Of a stretch of 62,162 nucleotides of DNA, positions 1 to 6,865 are shown piece by piece (the stretch's first letter is position 1; each line of letters begins with the position of its first letter). The notes beneath the pieces are model-generated. The model saw only the letters and a program-made list of their open reading frames with translations, was not told the origin of the DNA and did not search any database. Made by a program: the position numbers and the translations under genes. The stretch lies in the IMG/VR virus record IMGVR_UViG_3300027963_002897, positions 1 through 62,162 of that record. One strand, written 5' to 3'. Origin of the DNA: a virus. Taxonomy: Duplodnaviria; Caudoviricetes.

Positions 1-62
1 GATTCGAACCTTGGACCCCCTGGTCCCAAACCAGGTGCGCTACCAGACTGCGCTACACTCCG
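1..62 (-). tRNA. tRNA-Pro(UGG), 3' end cut by window edge
   Basis: Reverse complement CGGAGTGTAGCGCAGTCTGGTAGCGCA-CCTGG TTTGGGA CCAGG...GGTTCGAATC. Confidence 0.93.
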
Positions 63-65
63 AAA

Positions 66-140
66 TGGTTGCGGGTGACGGATTCGAACCGCCGATCTGG
101 AGCTTATGAGACTCCCGAGATTCCTCTTCTCCAACCCGCT
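66..140 (-). tRNA. tRNA-Met(CAU), initiator-like
   Basis: Anticodon loop CTCATAA, 1:72 A-A mismatch, A11-U24 pair, encoded CCA. Confidence 0.88.
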
Positions 141-143
141 ATA

Positions 144-237
144 ACTTTAATCAAATACACTTAATACTTTTCTCAACGGGGGTGTATCGTCCTTACCACC
201 TAGTACTATGTCTAGGCTAAGTGTATTTGATTAAAGT
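144..237 (-). ncRNA. putative long-stem structured RNA
   Basis: Perfect 20-bp inverted repeat 144-163/218-237 enclosing two small hairpins; no ORF. Confidence 0.45.
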
Positions 238-257
238 GTCTAGGTTTCCCTAGACAC
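236..257 (-). terminator. hairpin / probable intrinsic terminator
   Basis: GTGTCTAGG-loop-CCTAGACAC followed by short T run, just after ORF 266-838. Confidence 0.45.
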
Positions 258-265
258 AATAATTG

Positions 266-838
266 TTAGATCAAGCCTTCTGCTTGTAGTGTTGCCACTA
301 CTTCATCAGTCAGAGGAATCTCTGTCTTGATGTTTAACTCAAGAATTTCGTCGTTGAGTTTTTGCTTCTGCTTCTTGAGATTCTTAATCTCAACTTTTGC
401 TTGATCTACCTGTTCAGCGCCAATAACACTAGTAGACACTGTGTCATCACGACCGTACAAACTTGCACGGCTTTCTTCCTTGCGGTTGCGGATTTTGTCC
501 AACTTGCCTTTGATAACTGCAATATCAGTAACAGAGTCACTGTTTGCAATTTCGTCTAGTTGGGTAATACGCTTGTCGATGAACGCTGCCTTTGCAAGAT
601 TCATATCAATGCCAGCACTGGCGTTTGCAGCACCAACTAGTCCACGAATGTTGTATAAAGCCAACAACAACTTTTGACGACGAGCGTCATTGGCAAACAA
701 CTTGTCATTTGCCTTTTGTAATTCAACTACAGGATCCTGGAACTCTGTAAGTTCAATAGTTTTCTCAACCTTAATGCTACGGATAGCATCGTTGATAGAA
801 CTTTGGATCGCGTTAGCTTTTCTCAATGTGATATTCAT
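266..838 (-). CDS. hypothetical coiled-coil protein
   Basis: 190-aa ORF, helical heptad pattern, start overlaps rpoZ stop. Confidence 0.8.
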   Translation of the reverse strand: MNITLRKANAIQSSINDAIRSIKVEKTIELTEFQDPVVELQKANDKLFANDARRQKLLLALYNIRGLVGAANASAGIDMNLAKAAFIDKRITQLDEIANSDSVTDIAVIKGKLDKIRNRKEESRASLYGRDDTVSTSVIGAEQVDQAKVEIKNLKKQKQKLNDEILELNIKTEIPLTDEVVATLQAEGLI

Positions 839-1065
839 TCTCTCTGTCCTTTCTGTTTTCTTGGTAAACTATCGTACCATTCTTTTTTAGTATATTTGCC
901 TTCTTCAATTTCTCTCAACGCAGTAACCACTGTTGTTGCATCGGTTCCTTCAACTCTTTGCAGATGCCCGTTTTTTAATTCTCTTGCACGATGTGATGCC
1001 ATTAACACCAAATCAAATCTGTTTCCGACCATTTTGGCCGCTGCCTCTGAAGTATACCTAGCCAT
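835..1065 (-). CDS. rpoZ: RNA polymerase omega subunit-like protein
   Basis: [17 protein letters not shown] and [12 protein letters not shown] omega motifs; start reset to ATG 1065 with AGGAG SD. Confidence 0.85.
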   Translation of the reverse strand: MARYTSEAAAKMVGNRFDLVLMASHRARELKNGHLQRVEGTDATTVVTALREIEEGKYTKKEWYDSLPRKQKGQRE

Positions 1066-1079
1066 ATGGCTCCTTTTTA

Positions 1080-1338
1080 AATGACGGGTCGACGAAAGGT
1101 CAAGTAATAGACCGGACAATAGACAGGGGAGGTTTGTAATCTCCAGCGACAATGTGCAAAATACAATACACAGAGGTCTATATATTTCCGATTAACAAAT
1201 GACATTCTATTAGGGATCGGATCACATAAACACGGTCCAATTTCAAGTTGGATTGTAAGTATGGATTAGGCTTGGAGCCTAAACCTGTGTCTATCCTCAT
1301 CTACCCTTCGCTTCACCGGTTGTGTATTTCTACACAAC
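1080..1338 (-). ncRNA. putative structured leader / ncRNA upstream of rpoZ
   Basis: Long-range pairing 1303-1310 with 1093-1100 plus internal hairpins; begins just after sigma70 promoter. Confidence 0.4.
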
Positions 1339-1344
1339 AAAACT

Positions 1345-1373
1345 ATTATATGATCTTTGTTGACAGATGTCAA
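1345..1373 (-). promoter_or_regulatory. sigma70-type promoter
   Basis: TTGACA-17 nt-TATAAT. Confidence 0.8.
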
Positions 1374-1987
1374 CTCTTTTTTGGAACTAATTTAACGTCC
1401 CATGCCAATACAGTCCTGTGTCCTTGGCCACTCCACGGATAAACTGTGTGTGGAACATAACTTGGAAACATTACCATTGTTCCTGCTGTTGGCGTGTATC
1501 GCCATTGGTCTGAGAAAATAAAATTTGCCGGGTTTCGAATAACTGGCAATCTAAATTCTAGTTGAGAATCTGAAGTTTTTGAATTAGGATCTAATTCCGG
1601 AACTTCAATGTAAATGTTTCCACTTATATGAGCTTCGTGTGTATGCAATGCTTGATAATCGCCAGGCGATTGTTTAATAGTCCACGCACTGATTAATACA
1701 GGATCATAAACATTTAAATCATTGCGGCCACTTTGTGCTAGAATAGTATCTAACATCACTCTACAATTTGCTTCTACAAATTCTTTTAATACTGTAATGT
1801 CCAAATCAAATTCGCTGGGTAACAATTGTACCTGCTGTCCTCCACGAATACTGATATTAGGATTACCTTCATCGTTTAAATGAGATTTAGAGTGAGCCGT
1901 TTCTACCATTGCCTTGAACATGTTAAACAACTGTTCAGGAACCGTTTCAACACCCATTACTGTTGGATTAAAATACGCAAATTTCAT
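1370..1987 (-). CDS. putative 2OG-Fe(II) oxygenase (TIGR02466-like)
   Basis: HxH (HTH), ISGNIY, FPSYVPHTV and distal R motifs. Confidence 0.8.
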   Translation of the reverse strand: MKFAYFNPTVMGVETVPEQLFNMFKAMVETAHSKSHLNDEGNPNISIRGGQQVQLLPSEFDLDITVLKEFVEANCRVMLDTILAQSGRNDLNVYDPVLISAWTIKQSPGDYQALHTHEAHISGNIYIEVPELDPNSKTSDSQLEFRLPVIRNPANFIFSDQWRYTPTAGTMVMFPSYVPHTVYPWSGQGHRTVLAWDVKLVPKKS

Positions 1988-2000
1988 ATGTACCTAAAAT

Positions 2001-2076
2001 TGGTGCCCCTTGTCCGACTCGAACAGACCACCTACTGATTACAAATCAGTTGCTCTACCAGATGAGCTAAAGGGGC
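2001..2076 (-). tRNA. tRNA-Thr(UGU)
   Basis: Cloverleaf, loop TTTGTAA, CCA. Confidence 0.95.
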
Positions 2077-2086
2077 GTAGTATTAC

Positions 2087-2284
2087 TTAGTCTTGTGAAC
2101 CACCTTCACTGTCATTAAAACAATCTTCTGTACTTAGAATGTCTTGATACTCGTTTTTGTCTGTACCTGTGTTATCTTCTACTTTTTTCTTCTTGCCAAA
2201 AATAAGATCGAACCTGTTATCAAACTCATCCTTGCTAACACTAAAAGGACGAGGCTTACTGCCCTTGCCTGCTTCATGCGCCAT
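2087..2284 (-). CDS. hypothetical protein
   Basis: 65-aa ORF overlapping upstream gene end. Confidence 0.65.
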   Translation of the reverse strand: MAHEAGKGSKPRPFSVSKDEFDNRFDLIFGKKKKVEDNTGTDKNEYQDILSTEDCFNDSEGGSQD

Positions 2285-2798
2285 CTTTAATCTCCGTTAG
2301 CCAACACTGGATAGTGTATCTAATATTGCCGTCATAGTTTACTGCTGAAGTACTATGCCGAACACCATTTCTCTGCCATATTGCTCGATTCTTTTGCGGA
2401 AGAATAGCTTTAATTTCGTCACCATCCTCGTACATTAGATATCCACCGTTATTCTCAGTCCATTTTTCATTTAGGTAAATGGTCATTGCGGCATCTAGAT
2501 GAGAATCTTCATGCCACGGTATATAACTAAATCGTGTCCAATAATAAAATCCAGCACAGACCGAATAATTCATTCCTGTCTTTTGATTAATAGTCGTTGT
2601 CAAATCTTTCATAACTTTTTCTTCATCGGGAATCCTATAAATTAATACAGGAAAACTATCAAGTACTACTTGATTGTTCCAACATTTGTGAGTTTTTAAA
2701 ACGTGTTCTCCACTATGATACATATCATAGCTGTAACTACGCATTTTTAAATACAAACTCTTATCTAAGAAATTATCAAATTTTATAACGTCTGACAT
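2274..2798 (-). CDS. 2OG-Fe(II) oxygenase, prolyl-hydroxylase-like
   Basis: WHED (HxD), YLNEKW, GG-L, distal H and R; start reset to avoid tRNA-Ala overlap. Confidence 0.82.
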   Translation of the reverse strand: MSDVIKFDNFLDKSLYLKMRSYSYDMYHSGEHVLKTHKCWNNQVVLDSFPVLIYRIPDEEKVMKDLTTTINQKTGMNYSVCAGFYYWTRFSYIPWHEDSHLDAAMTIYLNEKWTENNGGYLMYEDGDEIKAILPQKNRAIWQRNGVRHSTSAVNYDGNIRYTIQCWLTEIKDGA

Positions 2799-2807
2799 AT
2801 TGACCTT

Positions 2808-2883
2808 TGGTGGAGGTGACAGGGATCGAACCTGCGACATCTTGCTTGCAAAGCAAACGCTCTCCCAACTGAGCTACACCCCC
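2808..2883 (-). tRNA. tRNA-Ala(UGC)
   Basis: Cloverleaf, G3-U70, loop TTTGCAA, CCA. Confidence 0.95.
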
Positions 2884-2892
2884 GTGTTTTAC

Positions 2893-3063
2893 TTATTCTG
2901 CTTCTTTACGACCTTTAGAAATTCTTGGCACAACGGCCGCAGACAATTCTGCATCAATCATCATACGTTTATATTGATTACGCTGTTCAGATGAAGCACC
3001 TTTCATCAACGAAATCATACGCTTTACTGTCTTACTTAATTTAAATGTCTTACCTGGTTTCAT
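2893..3063 (-). CDS. small basic hypothetical protein (56 aa, not in ORF track)
   Basis: MKPGKTFKLSKTVKRMISLM...KEAE*, AAGG SD, fills the gap between tRNAs. Confidence 0.6.
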   Translation of the reverse strand: MKPGKTFKLSKTVKRMISLMKGASSEQRNQYKRMMIDAELSAAVVPRISKGRKEAE

Positions 3064-3083
3064 GTTTTACCTTTTTATAAAAA

Positions 3084-3169
3084 TGGCGGAGAGTATAGGA
3101 ATCGAACCTATCCACCCTTTCGGATGACGGTTTAGCAAACCGTTGCCTTAACCGCTCGGCCAACTCTCC
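3084..3169 (-). tRNA. tRNA-Ser(GCU)
   Basis: Long variable arm, loop TTGCTAA, G73-CCA. Confidence 0.93.
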
Positions 3170-3174
3170 AAATC

Positions 3175-3318
3175 TTATCTTGTAACCTTACGTATTAATT
3201 TATACCAATAATACTTTACACCGCGCCATGTTGGAATAAAATCCCAGTTGCCGCTATATCCGACTTCTTTAGGCATATTGCCGTATGCCTTGTGTAAGGT
3301 GTCTTCTTGTTTTGACAT
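3175..3318 (-). CDS. small hypothetical protein (47 aa)
   Basis: MSKQEDTLHKAY..., AGGAG SD; start reset downstream of tRNA-Val. Confidence 0.6.
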   Translation of the reverse strand: MSKQEDTLHKAYGNMPKEVGYSGNWDFIPTWRGVKYYWYKLIRKVTR

Positions 3319-3335
3319 ACAGCTTCTCCTATTAT

Positions 3336-3411
3336 TGGTGGGTCGTGACAGTCTCGAACTGCCGACATTCTGCGTGTAAGGCAGACGCTCTACCAACTGA
3401 GCTAACGACCC
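3336..3411 (-). tRNA. tRNA-Val(UAC)
   Basis: Cloverleaf, loop CTTACAC, CCA. Confidence 0.95.
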
Positions 3412-3416
3412 GTGAT

Positions 3417-3501
3417 TGGTGCGAGTGGCCGGAATCGAACCGGCACGACCGAAGCCGAGAGATTTTAAGTCTCTTGTGTCTACCTATTTCACCACACTCG
3501 C
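3417..3501 (-). tRNA. tRNA-Leu(UAA)
   Basis: Long variable arm, loop CTTAAAA, CCA. Confidence 0.95.
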
Positions 3502-3512
3502 TCTTTATGGTT

Positions 3513-3681
3513 ACCATTAAAAAATAACATTACACCTTATAGGATGGGGCGGATTTCTGAGTGGAGTTCGATATTCCTCATAAGCCATTGCCCACGGTTT
3601 TATCAGAGGAGTAAGATGGCCCTATTCCTCATGAGTCTAAGCGTCCTTAGACGATTCCCGCTAATGCTATTTTTTAATGGT
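3513..3681 (-). ncRNA. putative long-stem structured spacer RNA
   Basis: 20-bp terminal stem 3513-3532/3662-3681 (one G-U), internal hairpins. Confidence 0.5.
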
Positions 3682-3761
3682 GCCCCAGGAGAGACTCGAA
3701 CTCTCACGCCTTGCGACATCGGCTTCTAAGACCGACGTGTCTACCATTCCACCACCGGGGC
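3678..3761 (-). tRNA. tRNA-Leu(UAG)
   Basis: Long variable arm, loop CTTAGAA, CCA. Confidence 0.95.
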
Positions 3762-3807
3762 ATTTACTTTTAATTTTTAATGAACAGTATATATTGTACT
3801 GTCTTTC

Positions 3808-5418
3808 TTACTCTGTGTCAACCTCGTTAACATAAATTCTACTCTTTAAAAACTCATAATGGCTAGGCATCTTTGCAATCTTTCTTTCCATTACAACTTT
3901 ATTTGCATCTAATCGTTTTTTATAAATGTCGTATGCCTTGTTCATATCGGGATATGTTCTTCCGGCGAATTCTATAAATCTGCGACCGGCAGGTATATAC
4001 CCCATGCCTGCACTGATGTACAATAATCCTGCCAACTCTATTTGGAATTCTCGATCTCCAATTTGTTTGGCAAATTCACTGTAGCCGTCATTCATTGTTT
4101 GATCTAATCCCATTAGCACTTTCGAATAGTGCATGTTTTCTGTAACATGTCGCCAATACTCTGTATCGTTTCTAGACGATAGAGCATAATGCATAGACAC
4201 AAAGTCTTTGTATCCTAGGATTTCTTTTAACGACCTAGCATTGTACACATCAATGTCAAATTGATTCATTGTACAATTTTTCATTTGGAACGTGTCAATT
4301 AATCTTAAAATTGTGTTATGTGTAGTTAACAATCCTGTAGATTCCAACGGCTCAATAAATCCATTTGACAACCCAACAGCAACAACATTCTTGATCCAAG
4401 ATTGTTTATGAACACCATGACGTATTTTGATATGCTTAAAGACCGCAGCATTTGCTCGTTCTTTATTTGGACATATCATACGATCACTGGCAAGGTGTTT
4501 TCTAAATTGTTCTTCGGCTTGCTCTTTTGTAGCAAACTTACTAGAATATACGTATCCTGTGCCAATCCTATTCCACACAGGAATGTTCCATACCCAACCG
4601 TTGTCAATTGCAGTACAATTTGTTACAGATTCAAGTTCTCGTTCTTTATCGATGTATGGAATGTGTGTAGCAATTGCACTGTCATTCATGAGTGTATCAC
4701 TGAACGAAAGGAATTCCGATCCCATAGTTTCTTCAATCAGCATGGCTTTAAATCCTGTACAGTCAATGTACAGATCTGATTTTAATTTACTGCCATTTTT
4801 TGTTAGGATATAGTCTACAGAACCGTCTTCACAAAGAGGAATGTCAACCACATCATCTACAACATGCTTAACTCCTCTTGGCTTACAATAGTGTTCTCTA
4901 AGATAACGTCCAAACAATGCCGCATCAAAATGATAAGCAGTGTCGTATCTAAATCTAAAATTTTTAAGTTCGTTAAATTTATTATCAGTCATTTTGTTGG
5001 CATTGGTCATCCAAACATTTTCGTGATAATATTCAGCAAATGTATTACATTCTATTTCCGGATTCATACCTTTTGCCAAGTACCATTCCATTAATCCAAA
5101 ATCTTTATTGTCTAAAATTAAAGTTCCGAAAGGATAATGAAACGACACCGGCTTTTCTAGACGTTCTCTAAAATCTGTAAATTTAATAGAAGTTTTGTAT
5201 GTGGCATTACAGTGTGTCATCCAGTCGCTATCTTCTAACCCGATAGCATCAAGAAATATATTAAAAGCGGCTAACGTACTTTCGCCAACACCTATAATTC
5301 CTATGTCTTCAGATTCTACTAGTGTAATATCCAAATTTGGCATTTGAGCTATAAGCCCTGCCGCTGTCATCCAGCCGGCACTCCCACCACCTACAATTGT
5401 TATGCTTTTTATTTTCAT
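3808..5418 (-). CDS. tryptophan halogenase family flavin-dependent halogenase
   Basis: GGGSAG FAD motif, GVGEST, ATYK lysine, WVWNIP, FIEPLESTG. Confidence 0.9.
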   Translation of the reverse strand: MKIKSITIVGGGSAGWMTAAGLIAQMPNLDITLVESEDIGIIGVGESTLAAFNIFLDAIGLEDSDWMTHCNATYKTSIKFTDFRERLEKPVSFHYPFGTLILDNKDFGLMEWYLAKGMNPEIECNTFAEYYHENVWMTNANKMTDNKFNELKNFRFRYDTAYHFDAALFGRYLREHYCKPRGVKHVVDDVVDIPLCEDGSVDYILTKNGSKLKSDLYIDCTGFKAMLIEETMGSEFLSFSDTLMNDSAIATHIPYIDKERELESVTNCTAIDNGWVWNIPVWNRIGTGYVYSSKFATKEQAEEQFRKHLASDRMICPNKERANAAVFKHIKIRHGVHKQSWIKNVVAVGLSNGFIEPLESTGLLTTHNTILRLIDTFQMKNCTMNQFDIDVYNARSLKEILGYKDFVSMHYALSSRNDTEYWRHVTENMHYSKVLMGLDQTMNDGYSEFAKQIGDREFQIELAGLLYISAGMGYIPAGRRFIEFAGRTYPDMNKAYDIYKKRLDANKVVMERKIAKMPSHYEFLKSRIYVNEVDTE

Positions 5419-5459
5419 ATCATTATATAGTACACGATAGTAATGAAAATGTCAAATCC

Positions 5460-5551
5460 TGGTACCAGCGGAGGGGATCGAACCCTCTCAAGAACGCTAA
5501 TCTGGCGCTAAAAGTCTTATAAGGACTCTCTGACTTCCAAGTCTCGCTGGC
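5460..5551 (-). tRNA. atypical tRNA with UAU (Ile) anticodon
   Basis: Acceptor GCCAGCG/CGCTGGT, T arm, loop CTTATAA, tiny D loop, long variable arm, CCA. Confidence 0.7.
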
Positions 5552-5557
5552 ATTGTT

Positions 5558-5633
5558 TGGTGCTACCTCCAGGGATCGAACCTGGTTCAACGGTTCTTCA
5601 AACCGCCGCTATGACCACATCAGCTAAAGTAGC
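5558..5633 (-). tRNA. tRNA-Phe(GAA)
   Basis: Cloverleaf, loop TTGAAGA, CCA. Confidence 0.9.
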
Positions 5634-5635
5634 AT

Positions 5636-5709
5636 TGGGTTGAACCGGGGAATCGAACCCTCTCTAACTGTTTCACAGACAGTTGTGCGACCACTACACT
5701 AGGAACAAC
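5636..5709 (-). tRNA. tRNA-His(GUG), irregular stems
   Basis: Loop CTGTGAA, G-1:C73, CCA; two U-U mismatches and short T stem. Confidence 0.75.
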
Positions 5710-5711
5710 AT

Positions 5712-5788
5712 TGGCCGGCCCGGAGAGACTCGAACTCCCAACCTCTAGTTTCGAAGACTAGCACTCTAATCCATTGAGTTACGGACCG
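5712..5788 (-). tRNA. tRNA-Arg(UCG)
   Basis: Cloverleaf, loop CTTCGAA, CCA. Confidence 0.93.
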
Positions 5789-5792
5789 TTAT

Positions 5793-5866
5793 TGGCACCC
5801 GGAGTAAGAATCGAACTTACAATAGCAGAGTCAAAGTCTGTTGTGTTACCACTACACTATCCGGGA
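5793..5866 (-). tRNA. tRNA-Gln(UUG)
   Basis: Cloverleaf, loop CTTTGAC, CCA. Confidence 0.92.
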
Positions 5867-5872
5867 TCAATA

Positions 5873-5947
5873 TGGTGGTAACGGCTGGATTCGAACCAGC
5901 ACCTTGCTCCGTATGAAGGAGGTGCACGACCATTATGCTACGTTACC
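5873..5947 (-). tRNA. tRNA with CAU anticodon (elongator Met or Ile2)
   Basis: Cloverleaf, loop TTCATAC, paired 1:72, CCA. Confidence 0.88.
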
Positions 5948-6021
5948 ATATAAAAACACACTCACCCGAATGGACATATCCTGAGTTCCGCCTGCTGTCG
6001 GAAGTGTGTTTTTATATGGTA
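5944..6021 (-). ncRNA. putative long-stem spacer RNA
   Basis: Perfect 19-bp inverted repeat 5944-5962/6003-6021. Confidence 0.45.
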
Positions 6022-6090
6022 GGGGCACAGAGAATCGAACTCTGATTAATAGGTTAAAAGCCTACTACTTTGCCGTTAAGTTATACCCCC
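6017..6090 (-). tRNA. tRNA-Lys(UUU)
   Basis: Cloverleaf, loop CTTTTAA, CCA. Confidence 0.92.
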
Positions 6091-6144
6091 GACATCTTAT
6101 CACTCTTGTCACTACTCATGACAGATCTCCTTTTAAAAATAAAT

Positions 6145-6224
6145 TGTTGTAGTTTTACCAGTTAAACTATTGTAGCTGATTCTTAGTCTTGACTACAAGC
6201 TGGCTTCGAACCAGCAACACAACA
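6145..6224 (-). ncRNA. circularly permuted tRNA-like RNA (T arm, looped acceptor stem, D arm)
   Basis: TGTTGT-GTT-GCTGG TTCGAAG CCAGC-TTGTAGT-linker-GCTACAA-TA-GTTT AACTGGTA AAAC-T-ACAACA. Confidence 0.65.
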
Positions 6225-6228
6225 TGAT

Positions 6229-6303
6229 TGGTAGCCTATCTTGGGAACGATCCAAGGACCTATGCGTTATCAACACATTGCTCTACCACTGAGCTAATAG
6301 GCT
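6229..6303 (-). tRNA. tRNA-Ile(GAU)
   Basis: Cloverleaf, loop TTGATAA, CCA; T loop ATCGTTC. Confidence 0.9.
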
Positions 6304-6311
6304 ATATTGAA

Positions 6312-6522
6312 TTTGTAAGTAGTGCAACCATCGTTATATGCACCATTCACCCGTGTAATAAACTCGAGCGGGACTCGGTACGTCACTTGGGATTCATCCA
6401 GTCTGCCTCCTTTACAGGCCTCCGCCGTTCCCGGCAGGTGGGAGTTGAACCCAAAACCTTCTACTATACAGTACCTTCGAAGAATACTGAACAGCGTGAC
6501 TTCACTTGCTGACACTTACAAA
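6312..6522 (-). ncRNA. putative ~210-nt multi-hairpin ncRNA
   Basis: Terminal stem TTTGTAAGT/ACTTACAAA, at least six internal hairpins including T-arm-like TGGG TTCAACT CCCA. Confidence 0.6.
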
Positions 6523-6525
6523 ACT

Positions 6526-6615
6526 TGGCGGAAGCGGTGAGATTCGAACTCACGGACCTTTTACAGTCGTCTGTTTTCAAGACAGGTGCAATAAACCGGA
6601 CTCTGCCACACTTCC
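6526..6615 (-). tRNA. tRNA-Ser(UGA)
   Basis: Long variable arm, loop CTTGAAA, G73-CCA. Confidence 0.94.
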
Positions 6616-6621
6616 ATAACT

Positions 6622-6699
6622 TGGTACCCAAGGTCGGACTCGAACCGACACGATTCTCCTTTTGAGAGAGACGCCTCATACCAATTGGGCTACTTGGGC
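6622..6699 (-). tRNA. tRNA-Leu(CAA) with short variable loop
   Basis: Loop CTCAAAA, A73-CCA, 5-nt variable region. Confidence 0.85.
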
Positions 6700-6703
6700 A
6701 TAC

Positions 6704-6781
6704 TGGAGTAGCGGGTGAGATTTGAACTCACGGTTTTACGGATTTGCAATCCGTTGCAATGGGCCACTCTGCCACCGCTAC
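6704..6781 (-). tRNA. tRNA-Cys(GCA)
   Basis: Loop TTGCAAA, U73-CCA. Confidence 0.92.
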
Positions 6782-6786
6782 ATGTT

Positions 6787-6860
6787 TGGCGTACCCCCAG
6801 AGACTCGAACTCCGACAAACGGTTTTGGAGACCGCTATGCTGCCATTACATCAGGGATAC
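6787..6860 (-). tRNA. tRNA-Trp(CCA)
   Basis: Loop CTCCAAA, G73-CCA. Confidence 0.92.
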
Positions 6861-6865
6861 AAAAA

